DNA from: a bacterium | GTDB taxonomy: Bacteria; Zixibacteria; MSB-5A5; GN15; FEB-12 | Direction: 5' to 3' | DNA: 22,765 nt | Assembly (NCBI GenBank): GCA_043811375.1 | Contig: JBDRNJ010000023.1 | Location: forward strand, 1-22,765 | Shown: positions 1-8,218 of the stretch, in pieces | Layout of the letters: each line of letters opens with the position of its first letter | Position numbering within the stretch: the first letter of the stretch is position 1 | Notes under the pieces: generated by a model | What the model saw: only the letters and a program-made list of their open reading frames with translations | Databases searched by the model: none | Told to the model about the DNA's origin: nothing | Program-made: the position numbers and the translations under genes

Positions 1-2
1 TG

Positions 3-2564
3 TCCGACTCCGTTTTCCACTTCGTCGATACAATAGGGCTGAGCGGCAAGTCGAATATGGCGCTTGATGCTACACTGGATATTACCAGTTCCGGTGATGA
101 GTTCAACTTTGTCATCTATGCGTACGATGACACGTTGGCCACCTGGCTGACGGTGGTCGATTCAGTTGGGCGTACACCTTCGACGGTAACTCTTACCGCC
201 GATGGCAGCGGACTGGCAGTGGGAACGTATCAGAATAGATTTGCGGTGTTGGGCGACGAGACCGTCTGTGAGCCCGATATGCGATTCTTCCATGTCACAC
301 TCGAGGTAGTAGTTGATACCACCGGTGTCGATTCCCTGTGCCATGATTCGATGATGGTGGCTGAGGTGATGACGGTTCCCGGTGCACCGGCCATGGTACC
401 GGTGGACTTCACCAACTGCTGCGATCTCTCGGGCATCGGGGTGGTGCTGAGTTGGGGTTCCGATTACGTCGCCCTCGATTCGGTTTCCTTTGTTGATTCG
501 CGGTTGGTCGATTTCCTGCTTAAGTATGATACTATTGACAACGTCGGCCACCGAGTCGCGGTTGGTGCAGCCAATGACGGAACGGCTCTCAATGTTCTGC
601 CGGGAACGGGTAATTTCGTCAATCTGCACTTTTCCGTTCTGCCGGGTGCGCCGCACGGTTTCTATGAGATCGGCATTTACGATTTCAAGTGCATCAGTTG
701 CCTGAACCCGATTTTCTCAGAAGATTGTGGCGAGGGCACCGAGTTGATTATCCCCGGATTTGAGCCCGGTGGTATCCTGGTTGATACCACCACTCTCTAT
801 TTCTGCGGTTATGTTGTTGACCCCGTCGGCAACCCGATACCGGAAGCAACCGTTGAGCTCTGGGCCGGTTTCCCCTATGGATCACCGGACGACATGACCC
901 TGACCAACTCGTCAGGAGCCTTTGCCTTTACCGGCTTTGCGATGCCGCCGTTTGATCTGTGGGCTTACCACGAAGGCTACTATCCGACGTTGGTTGAAGA
1001 TATCAACGCCCTGCTCAGCGACGACACCACTATCGTCCTGTATCCGGTCGAACCGGTTACGCCGACGAACGAGTGGGTCCTGTTCTATTGTTCTGACAAC
1101 ACCTACATGGGTGAACCGTTGCCGGCCGGTTCGGTGGTTGATGCCTTCGATCCGGAGGGTACGCACTGCGGTACCTTCTTTGTGGAACATGCCGGTTCCT
1201 ATGGTTACCTGTTGGCCTATGGCGACGATCCGTACTATCCCAATGACACTACCGATGAAGGAGCCGAGCCGGGTGACCTGATCACGTTCACGGTTAACGG
1301 TATCGAAGCACTGATCACCGGTGACCCGACCTGGACCTATCATGGTGACAGTAGTGAAGTCTGCCTTGAGGTGGGCGTGGTCGACACCACCTACTGTGAT
1401 CTGTTTGAGGGCTGGAATCTGGTGAGTTGGAACCTTGATCAGGAATCCGACAACATCGTTGATGCTCTGGCTTCCATATCCGGCTGCGTCGAACTGGTAA
1501 TGGGCTTTGAACAGGGTGGTCTGATCTACGATCCGGGTCTGCCGGAGTTCTCGACCCTGTGGGAGGTCGACCATCTGAGCGGTTACTGGATCAAGACCAG
1601 TTGCAACACCACGCTGGAGATCGCCGGTATGCCGGTGGCGGCGACGACCCCGATCGCGCTGACTGCCGGATGGAACCTGGTTTCCTACCTGCCCGATTTA
1701 CCCATGGCGACGGGTAATGCTCTGGCATCATTGGGCGATAAGTTGATCGTGGCCCTGGGTTACGAAAACGATTCCGGATCGGTTTATCTGCCCGGTGAAG
1801 ACCTTTACAACAGCCTGGATACGATGGCCGGTTGCCTGGGTTACTGGGTCAAGGTACTGCAGGATACATCACTGGTTTATCCAGGGACATTCCCGGTGGT
1901 GACGGCTCCCCAGAAGAGCCATCAACCGGTGATGAGTGCCGCCATAGCGGGTGTGACGGCGACCAATCGCTGGGTCAATGTCTTCTCCCGGAACCTGACT
2001 CTCGATGGTGCGACGATTGCCGCTGGAGCAACCATTACGGCTCACAACCCTGACGGCCGGATAATCGGCAGCTTCACGACCATTCGGGACGGTCAGTTCG
2101 GCTTCATGTCGGTTTATGCTGATGATAACGCTACTACTGAGATCGAGGGAGTGAGGGCCGGTGAACGGTTCTATCTCGCCGTGAACGGAGTGGCCGCTAA
2201 CGAGACATTCGTCTGGACTGAGACCGGCGACCGGATGGAGATTGGTGCCCTGACGGCCAAAGCCGGTTCGCAACAGGTTCTGCCGGATGGGTATTCGCTG
2301 AATCAGAACTATCCCAACCCATTCAACCCGTCGACCAATATCAGCTTCACGCTGCCGATGGCCGGCCAGGCCAGGATTGATATCTACAACATCCTGGGCA
2401 AGTTGGTGGCGACGCCGTTTGACGGTACTGCCCGTACGGGTGAGAACAATATTGTTTGGGATGGTCGCAACCAGGCCGGTGAGAACGTTGCCACGGGCAT
2501 TTACTTCTACCGGTTAACGGCCGATAACTATGTAGAAACCAAGAAAATGACCCTGATGAAATAG
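3..2564 (+). CDS. Large secreted multidomain protein, 5'-partial: cohesin-like domain, carboxypeptidase-regulatory-like domain, two copies of an unnamed ~100-aa repeat, two GWNLVS repeats, C-terminal FlgD-Ig/T9SS-type sorting domain
   Basis: The frame of ORF 57..2564 is open back to position 3 (SDSVFHFVDTIGLSGKSN-M), so the real start lies upstream of the window. C-terminus YSLNQNYPNPFNPSTNISFTLP...WDGRNQAGENVATGIYFYRL...TKKMTLMK. 'GYVVDPVGNPIPEATVEL...TNSSGAFAF' resembles the CarboxypepD_reg-like fold. 'PVDFTNCCDLSGIGVVLSW...NLHFSV' is cohesin-like. Confidence 0.85.
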   Translation, partial: SDSVFHFVDTIGLSGKSNMALDATLDITSSGDEFNFVIYAYDDTLATWLTVVDSVGRTPSTVTLTADGSGLAVGTYQNRFAVLGDETVCEPDMRFFHVTLEVVVDTTGVDSLCHDSMMVAEVMTVPGAPAMVPVDFTNCCDLSGIGVVLSWGSDYVALDSVSFVDSRLVDFLLKYDTIDNVGHRVAVGAANDGTALNVLPGTGNFVNLHFSVLPGAPHGFYEIGIYDFKCISCLNPIFSEDCGEGTELIIPGFEPGGILVDTTTLYFCGYVVDPVGNPIPEATVELWAGFPYGSPDDMTLTNSSGAFAFTGFAMPPFDLWAYHEGYYPTLVEDINALLSDDTTIVLYPVEPVTPTNEWVLFYCSDNTYMGEPLPAGSVVDAFDPEGTHCGTFFVEHAGSYGYLLAYGDDPYYPNDTTDEGAEPGDLITFTVNGIEALITGDPTWTYHGDSSEVCLEVGVVDTTYCDLFEGWNLVSWNLDQESDNIVDALASISGCVELVMGFEQGGLIYDPGLPEFSTLWEVDHLSGYWIKTSCNTTLEIAGMPVAATTPIALTAGWNLVSYLPDLPMATGNALASLGDKLIVALGYENDSGSVYLPGEDLYNSLDTMAGCLGYWVKVLQDTSLVYPGTFPVVTAPQKSHQPVMSAAIAGVTATNRWVNVFSRNLTLDGATIAAGATITAHNPDGRIIGSFTTIRDGQFGFMSVYADDNATTEIEGVRAGERFYLAVNGVAANETFVWTETGDRMEIGALTAKAGSQQVLPDGYSLNQNYPNPFNPSTNISFTLPMAGQARIDIYNILGKLVATPFDGTARTGENNIVWDGRNQAGENVATGIYFYRLTADNYVETKKMTLMK

Positions 2565-2598
2565 GTTTTTCGACCTCTCATTGAGGTTTTGCGAACAC

Positions 2599-2627
2599 TT
2601 CCGGTCGGCCGGTTTGGCCGGCCGGAA
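2599..2627. other. GC-rich intergenic hairpin (possible mRNA-stabilising or processing stem)
   Basis: TTCCGGTCGGCC-GGTTT-GGCCGGCCGGAA: 12-bp stem with one G-U pair and no U-tract, lying between two co-directional genes. Confidence 0.45.
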
Positions 2628-2644
2628 TAACCGATGGTGAAAAC

Positions 2645-3673
2645 GTGAAGACTTACATTGTGACGCTGATGCTGACAGCATGCCTTCTGGCGGGAGTCGC
2701 TTCCGCGGTCCGGGCGGACGCAGAAACCAGCAACGAGTGGGTCAATTTCAAAGGAGATGTTACTTTCAACGGTCTACCGGCTCCGGTCGGCTCGCGGGTC
2801 GATGCTTACGACTCCGTTGGCACTCACTGCGGTACATTTACCGTTGGGGATATTGTCGATTCGGCCGGCATCTATGGCTATATGTCTGTCTACCGTGACG
2901 ACCACTCATTCCCGGACACGGCCGACGAAGGCGCCGAACCGGGTGAAAGCATCTTCTTCAAGGTGAACGGCCGGTGGGTCGATTCGCTCAGTGGTAACGT
3001 CATCTGGGGAGTCCACGGGGATACCAACACGGTGAATCTGTACGCCTCCGGGACGATCCTAATGACTCCAGTGGTTATGCCCACTACTCAGTCAGCAGCT
3101 TTTGGCGACACTGTCCGCTGCTGGGTGGGTGTGCGCAACGATGGTGACGGACTTGATTTCTATGGCATCACGGCGACATCGTTTCTGGGCTGGGAGACAG
3201 TCAGCCAGGACAGCTTCTCCTATGCCGATACCGGAGATACCGCCTGGTTGTATTTTGATGTTATCACGCCGGTCTGGCCGGGCTGGGATACCCTGGACAA
3301 TATCACGTTCTCGGTCTTTTCGTATCTCGACACCAGCCAGCATGTTGACAGCACCGTCGACGTGATAATCTCGTTTTCTGACGTTGCTGAGCCGTTTGCT
3401 GAATTGCCGGGTCATTTTCAACTGCTCCAGAACTTCCCCAACCCCTTCAACCCGAACACAACCATATCATTCACTCTGGCAGAGCGGTCGGCGGTAATGC
3501 TGGAAGTCTATAATGTACTGGGACACGTTGTCGAAAGTCGCGATCTGGGCGTACTACCGGCTGATGATCACAGTGTTGAATACGATGCTTCCGATCAAGC
3601 CTCCGGCGTATATTTCTATCGGTTGTCTACCGAGTCAGGCAGTCAGTCCCGCAAAATGGTTCTGCTTAAATAG
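2645..3673 (+). CDS. Secreted protein with signal peptide, one copy of the unnamed repeat domain, an Ig-like middle region and a T9SS-type C-terminal sorting domain
   Basis: GTG start. Signal peptide MKTYIVTLMLTACLLAGVASAVRA. C-terminus FQLLQNFPNPFNPNTTISFTL...SGVYFYRL...SRKMVLLK. Confidence 0.85.
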   Translation: MKTYIVTLMLTACLLAGVASAVRADAETSNEWVNFKGDVTFNGLPAPVGSRVDAYDSVGTHCGTFTVGDIVDSAGIYGYMSVYRDDHSFPDTADEGAEPGESIFFKVNGRWVDSLSGNVIWGVHGDTNTVNLYASGTILMTPVVMPTTQSAAFGDTVRCWVGVRNDGDGLDFYGITATSFLGWETVSQDSFSYADTGDTAWLYFDVITPVWPGWDTLDNITFSVFSYLDTSQHVDSTVDVIISFSDVAEPFAELPGHFQLLQNFPNPFNPNTTISFTLAERSAVMLEVYNVLGHVVESRDLGVLPADDHSVEYDASDQASGVYFYRLSTESGSQSRKMVLLK

Positions 3674-3696
3674 CCGCCGGCATTTTATAACAGCAC

Positions 3697-3725
3697 AAAA
3701 CCCCGGTTTGCGCCGGGGTTTTTTT
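3697..3725 (+). terminator. Rho-independent terminator
   Basis: AAAA-CCCCGG-TTTGCG-CCGGGG-TTTTTTT, 24 nt after the stop of 2645..3673. Confidence 0.85.
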
Positions 3726-3836
3726 CTTGTTTTTGATATAGCCTTGGCCGATCTTGAAGTTAGTACCGATTGGCGGCAAACCTACGGGGAGGGCGGTAGT
3801 CGTCATTTTTGTGGTCTTAAAAGAGAGTAGCACTCG

Positions 3837-4835
3837 GTGGCATCTGAATACATCGTGGTCGGCAGAACTGACCGGGGACTGGTCAGACCGGGTAACGAAG
3901 ACTACCTCCATCTGGATGATAAGAACGCCGTTTATGCTGTCTGTGACGGCATGGGCGGACATCAGGCCGGTGAAGTGGCCTCCATGACCGCCTCCGAAAC
4001 GATTCGAGTTCTGTTCGACCAGTTCCACAACGACTTATTGCGAGATGACCGGCTTTCTCCCGGCAGGGCACTGCCGCCTAATGGTGATATACTGCTGAGA
4101 TCGATCCGGCTGGCCAATCGCCAGATATTCAACCGGGCTGCCGCTGACTCCTCGCTGTCGGGCATGGGTACGACAGTGGTGGCGGTGGCGCTTCAAAACG
4201 ACCTGATGTCGGTCGCACATGTTGGTGACAGCCGCGCTTACCGCCTGGATGAAAGGCAGTTGCAACCGCTGACCAGGGACCATTCCTGGGTTTCCGAGAT
4301 GCAAGCTAACCACAACCTGTCGGAAAAGGACGCCACTTCGTTTGTCGGCCGCAATGTCATCACTCGGGCCTTAGGTGTTCGAGAAACGGTGGAGGTCGAC
4401 TATCGCCTGGTAAAAGTAAAACCGGGTGAGGTTTACATTCTGTGCTCCGACGGTCTGTGTGGCTTTGCCGATGATGATGAGATATTCGCGGTGGCGGACC
4501 GGGCTCGAAGCGACATTAGCCGGATCGTTGACAACCTGGTACAATTGGCTAACGATCGGGGTGGCTCCGACAACGTCACTATCATTGTTATCGAAATCAA
4601 GCAGGTCGGTGTTTCCGACATACCGGAAGTGGAAGTTTTTACTCTGCCGGAAGAGTCGGTGGAGGAACTCCAGGCTGAGGATGAATGGCTGGCCCGAATG
4701 GCGGCTTTCAAGACTGAACAAGCACAGACACAACCGCCGTCGCGCAAGCCCCCCGGCCGCTTCCTGCTGACACTTATCTTTGCCGCTTTTATTCTCCTGG
4801 CGTGTGTCTTTGTCTATTTTCAGACAATCAAGTGA
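3837..4835 (+). CDS. PP2C-family Ser/Thr protein phosphatase (Stp1/PrpC type) with a C-terminal transmembrane anchor
   Basis: Motifs TDRGLVRPGNED, VCDGMGGHQAGEVAS, GMGTT, HVGDSRAY, LTRDHS, RNVITRALG, LCSDGL, GGSDNVT. Hydrophobic tail FLLTLIFAAFILLACVFVYF. Confidence 0.92.
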   Translation: MASEYIVVGRTDRGLVRPGNEDYLHLDDKNAVYAVCDGMGGHQAGEVASMTASETIRVLFDQFHNDLLRDDRLSPGRALPPNGDILLRSIRLANRQIFNRAAADSSLSGMGTTVVAVALQNDLMSVAHVGDSRAYRLDERQLQPLTRDHSWVSEMQANHNLSEKDATSFVGRNVITRALGVRETVEVDYRLVKVKPGEVYILCSDGLCGFADDDEIFAVADRARSDISRIVDNLVQLANDRGGSDNVTIIVIEIKQVGVSDIPEVEVFTLPEESVEELQAEDEWLARMAAFKTEQAQTQPPSRKPPGRFLLTLIFAAFILLACVFVYFQTIK

Positions 4836-4929
4836 AGTCTCGTCTTAAGTAATCATAATCAATCGAAGACCGGGTTTTACCTTTTTTGGGTTGTAGCGCA
4901 ATACAACAGGGGAAGGGAATAGAGATGCC

Positions 4930-5060
4930 GTCACCCTTCGACTACGCTCAGGGTGACATTGCGATACCATTTTAGTATAGCGTTTCTACCTTAGCCATGC
5001 CGTCATAGTTTTGGACATACCGTCATGTATCAGTCATGGTGAGCGGAGTCGAGCCATGAT
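4930..5060. repeat. Inverted pair of REP-like hairpin elements with a conserved loop TGAGCG(T/G)AGTCGA(A/G)
   Basis: 4930-4957 GTCACCC-TTCGACTACGCTCA-GGGTGAC and 5033-5060 GTCATGG-TGAGCGGAGTCGAG-CCATGAT. The loops are reverse complements at 12 of 14 positions; the stems differ in sequence but both pair. Confidence 0.7.
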
Positions 5061-5092
5061 GCGATGTGACTCACTACAACAAATAAACGATA

Positions 5093-6514
5093 TTACATTC
5101 CCGGCAGATTAAAGCAGACGACTTTCGGTTCGGTCATCTCCTGCAGCGAGAATTTCAACCCTTCCCGACCCAGACCGGAGTACTTGACGCCGCCGAAGGG
5201 CATGGAGTCCAGCCGGTAATCGGTCGAGTCGTTGATTATGACGCCGCCGCAGTCCAGTTCGTAAGCTGCTTTGAAGGCCGTTTCCAGGTCACGCGTGAAG
5301 ATTGCCGCCAGCAGGCCGTACGGCAGGGCATTGGCTTCTGCGATGGCCTGGTCGAGATCGTCTACCGGGTAGAGGTTCACGGTTGGTCCGAAGACTTCCT
5401 CGCAGTGGATTTTAACATCGTCGGGGACATTTTCCAGCACCGTCGGTTCGACCAGCGCACCTTTTCTGCCACCGCCCGTCAGGACGTTGGCGCCTTTGTC
5501 GGCCGCCTCGGCGACCCACTGTTCGACCCGTTCAGCCTCGGTCTCGGTGATCATCGGACCCATATCGGTTTCTTCTTTAAGTTTGTCGCCGATTTGGTAT
5601 TTCTTCGTCAGTGCCACGAAATCAGCCGTGAATTGATCGTAAATGTCACGATGCACCAGCAGTCTCTGCACGCCGATACAGTTCTGTCCGGCCGCCCAGA
5701 AAGCACCGGAGACGCATGACTCAACTGCCAACTTGAGGTCGGCATCTTTCCAGACGATCACCGGCGAATCGGAACCGAGCTCCATACCTATTTTCTTGAT
5801 GCCCGCTTTCGAGGCAATCTGCTTGCCGGCCTCGACACCACCGGTGAAAGAGATCATGCGAACTCGCTCATCGGAGACCAGCGGATCGCCTATCTGAGAA
5901 CCATAGCCGGTAATGAGCTGGATTGCCTGCGGCGGCAACCCGGCCTCCACCAGCACTTCCACCAGCTTGATGGCTGACAACGGCGTGACGGTAGCCGGTT
6001 TGAGTATGACCGCGTTACCGGCGGCGATAGCCGGACCCAACTTGTGTGCTACCAGGTTAAGCGGATCGTTGAAGGGCGTTATCGCCAGCACGACGCCAAT
6101 CGGGAAGCGGTAATAAAAGCCCCGGCGCTTCTCACCACCGGGGAAAGAATCAAACGGTATAGTCTCACCCAGAATTCGTTTGGCTTCCTCGGCTGCTATC
6201 ATCAGCGTATTGACGCACCGTGACGCTTCCTTGCGGGCTTCGTTGATCGTCTTTGATCCTTCCCGTGCGATGATAGTGGCAAATTCGTCCAGGCGCCCGG
6301 AAATAAGCCCGGCCGCCTTGTACAGCACCTGGGCCCGGTCATAAACGGTCATTTTCTTCGTTATTTCAAAACCTTTGACGGCAGCGCTCAGGGCCACCTC
6401 CACATCCTGTTTCGAACCGGCCGGGATAGTATCGATAACCGAGTTGTCAAAGGGGTCGTTTACGTCGATAGTCTTGTCGCGGTCGACCCAGCATCCATCC
6501 AGCAGCATCTTCAT
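5093..6514 (-). CDS. NAD(P)-dependent aldehyde dehydrogenase (non-phosphorylating; lactaldehyde-DH/GapN-like subgroup)
   Basis: ITPFNDP, KPAT, SFTGG, catalytic ELG and GQNC, EEVFGP, MPFGGVKYSGLGREG. Its start overlaps the stop of hom (ATGA, 4-nt overlap). Confidence 0.92.
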   Translation of the reverse strand: MKMLLDGCWVDRDKTIDVNDPFDNSVIDTIPAGSKQDVEVALSAAVKGFEITKKMTVYDRAQVLYKAAGLISGRLDEFATIIAREGSKTINEARKEASRCVNTLMIAAEEAKRILGETIPFDSFPGGEKRRGFYYRFPIGVVLAITPFNDPLNLVAHKLGPAIAAGNAVILKPATVTPLSAIKLVEVLVEAGLPPQAIQLITGYGSQIGDPLVSDERVRMISFTGGVEAGKQIASKAGIKKIGMELGSDSPVIVWKDADLKLAVESCVSGAFWAAGQNCIGVQRLLVHRDIYDQFTADFVALTKKYQIGDKLKEETDMGPMITETEAERVEQWVAEAADKGANVLTGGGRKGALVEPTVLENVPDDVKIHCEEVFGPTVNLYPVDDLDQAIAEANALPYGLLAAIFTRDLETAFKAAYELDCGGVIINDSTDYRLDSMPFGGVKYSGLGREGLKFSLQEMTEPKVVCFNLPGM

Positions 6515-7530
6515 TTTTTGCCTCCCACATGGATAATATCAACCAGCGCGCTGTAGCCGGTTTCGGCTCGTCCGGCGCCCGGTCCGACAATGGTGACGTC
6601 ACCGAGAGCATCCGTCGAAAACGTCATGGCATTAGTGGCTCCCATGATACCGGCCAGCGGATGGGTCAGGTCAATTTCTTCGGGCGCCACACTGCCTTTT
6701 ATCTGGTCGCCATCGCGCCAGACCTTGCCGATCAGCTTAAAACGCTTATCGCGCGATTTGGCGTCGGCTATGGCGTCGGCGGTTATCCCGGTGATTCCCT
6801 GACAGGGGAAATCGTCAGGTTTGGAGTAAGAGCCGAAGACAGCGTTGGCCAGGATCGTCACCTTGGCCAGGGCATCCCAGCCCAACACGTCGGCATCGGG
6901 TACGGCTTCGGCGTAGCCCAGTTCCTGTGCCTTTTTGAGGGCATCTTCGTACGACATCCCTGCTTCCATCTGTGTCAGGATATAGTTGGTGGTGCCGTTG
7001 AGGATCCCTTTCATTTCAGTAATAGTAGTACCGGCCAGCGTTTCGCGAACCAGGTTCAAAACAGGCGTGCCGCTCATAACGGTACCCTCGTAAAGGAACT
7101 TGACGCCCTTTTCGGCGGCCAACCGGGACAACTCGTGGAAATACAGAGCCGTCGGTCCTTTGTTGGTGGTGGTGACGTGCATCCCCTTGTCTATAGCGGT
7201 GCGGATGTGCGATGTGGCCGGTTTGCCGGTCTTGATATCGGTATAGGTCATTTCGACCATCATGTCGGCATCGGCTGATTTAATCATGCTGAGGGCATCA
7301 CCTTCATATTTGTCCGGCGAGTTTGCGATACTTCCTCCGGATTTGGCCGCCTTGAGTGCTTTCTTTAGATCGACGCCATCGGCATTGTACAGACTTCCCT
7401 TGAGCATGTCGGCGATGCCGACGATGCTGACCTCAAGTCCGTAATCGGCCTGCAGTTCCTTCTCTTTGGCCAGCAGCAGTTCGGCCAGGCCCTGACCGAC
7501 AGTTCCAAAACCGATCAACAAAAGACGCAT
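6511..7530 (-). CDS. hom: Homoserine dehydrogenase, short form without ACT domain
   Basis: GFGTVGQG Rossmann motif, TTNKGP, YEGTVMSGTP, GILNGTTNYIL, AQELGYAE, DALAK, GPGAG. The ATG at 7530 was chosen because the SD AGGAGG (7541-7546) lies 10 nt upstream; the track's TTG at 7539 abuts the SD. Confidence 0.88.
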   Translation of the reverse strand: MRLLLIGFGTVGQGLAELLLAKEKELQADYGLEVSIVGIADMLKGSLYNADGVDLKKALKAAKSGGSIANSPDKYEGDALSMIKSADADMMVEMTYTDIKTGKPATSHIRTAIDKGMHVTTTNKGPTALYFHELSRLAAEKGVKFLYEGTVMSGTPVLNLVRETLAGTTITEMKGILNGTTNYILTQMEAGMSYEDALKKAQELGYAEAVPDADVLGWDALAKVTILANAVFGSYSKPDDFPCQGITGITADAIADAKSRDKRFKLIGKVWRDGDQIKGSVAPEEIDLTHPLAGIMGATNAMTFSTDALGDVTIVGPGAGRAETGYSALVDIIHVGGKK

Positions 7531-7652
7531 TATGTTCAATCCTCCTGTGTTTCGCTATGAAGTAGAGCAGAACCCCTTGAAGGTTGCCTTAAAAGTAGGT
7601 TCCGGTTATGTCACTTCCCACGCCAAACAAAACTGCGATTCATTAACTCCGC

Positions 7653-7761
7653 GCAGCGGCGGGGTGGTAAGCCGCTACTACTCTATATCGCGTAGCGGCG
7701 GGCTTTATGTCCGCCGGTGGCATCGCCATTTCTATTGGTGGGAGACAAGCCCCCATCCTAC
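7653..7761. repeat. Cluster of three GTAG-type REP-like hairpins
   Basis: 7653-7678 (minus strand GTAGCGGC...GCCGCTGC); 7692-7716 GTAG-CGGCGGGC-TTTAT-GTCCGCCG; 7739-7761 (minus strand GTAG-GA-TGGGGG-CTTGT-CTCCCA). Confidence 0.55.
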
Positions 7762-7850
7762 GCTGGCTGTAATCATCACCTTTTGAGATAACCTCCTTGT
7801 GGTTCTGCTATTTTCTGGTTTCAGCAGGCCGAATCGCATTGGGTTCCGTC

Positions 7851-8207
7851 CTACTTGGTTTGATACCGGTCGGGTGCGTCAAAGAGGTCGATGACGTTGA
7901 CCCGTGACAGGAAGGTGGCCGAGTGGACGGTCCCTTCCGGGATATAGTATGAGTCACCCTGACGGTAAGTCTTCGTCTCATCACCGATAGTCAGTTTCAT
8001 TTCACCCGCCAGCATCACTCCCCACTGGGCGCAGTGCGAATGGGGCGGGATGCCCCCGGAGGGCTGAATATCAAAGAAGACCAATTGTTTATCACCCCCC
8101 TGCAGCAACCAGCCGCGAACACCCTCCACGGGGATGTCTATCTCAGGGAGACCCCGGATCATATCCGGGTAGACGGTACCATCCCACTCTTTTCTCGTCT
8201 CACTCAT
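7851..8207 (-). CDS. Cupin-domain protein (Cupin_2-like)
   Basis: Cupin motifs IPPHSHCAQWGVMLAGEMKLTIG and GDSYYIPEGTVHSA. It starts 11 nt after the stop of the upstream gene, with SD AGAGGA. Confidence 0.88.
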   Translation of the reverse strand: MSETRKEWDGTVYPDMIRGLPEIDIPVEGVRGWLLQGGDKQLVFFDIQPSGGIPPHSHCAQWGVMLAGEMKLTIGDETKTYRQGDSYYIPEGTVHSATFLSRVNVIDLFDAPDRYQTK

Positions 8208-8218
8208 GGTAATCCTCT

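Noticed and set aside
57..59. ATG at 57 as the start of the first gene
   Set aside because: The frame is open to the window edge, and there is no SD or signal peptide although the protein has a secretion CTD.
162..2273. Antisense and alternate-frame ORFs within the first gene (e.g. 162..656, 912..1574, 1869..2273)
   Set aside because: Shadow ORFs of a GC-rich coding region with no recognisable motifs. The same applies to those overlapping PP2C, ALDH, hom, ackA, hbd, ABC-F and secA.
4924..5060. CRISPR mini-array interpretation of the short repeated motifs
   Set aside because: The repeats are about 9 nt, degenerate and irregularly spaced, and no cas genes are present.
7532..7786. 84-aa plus-strand ORF in the hom-cupin gap
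   Set aside because: It runs across REP-like hairpins, has no SD, and its composition is not protein-like.
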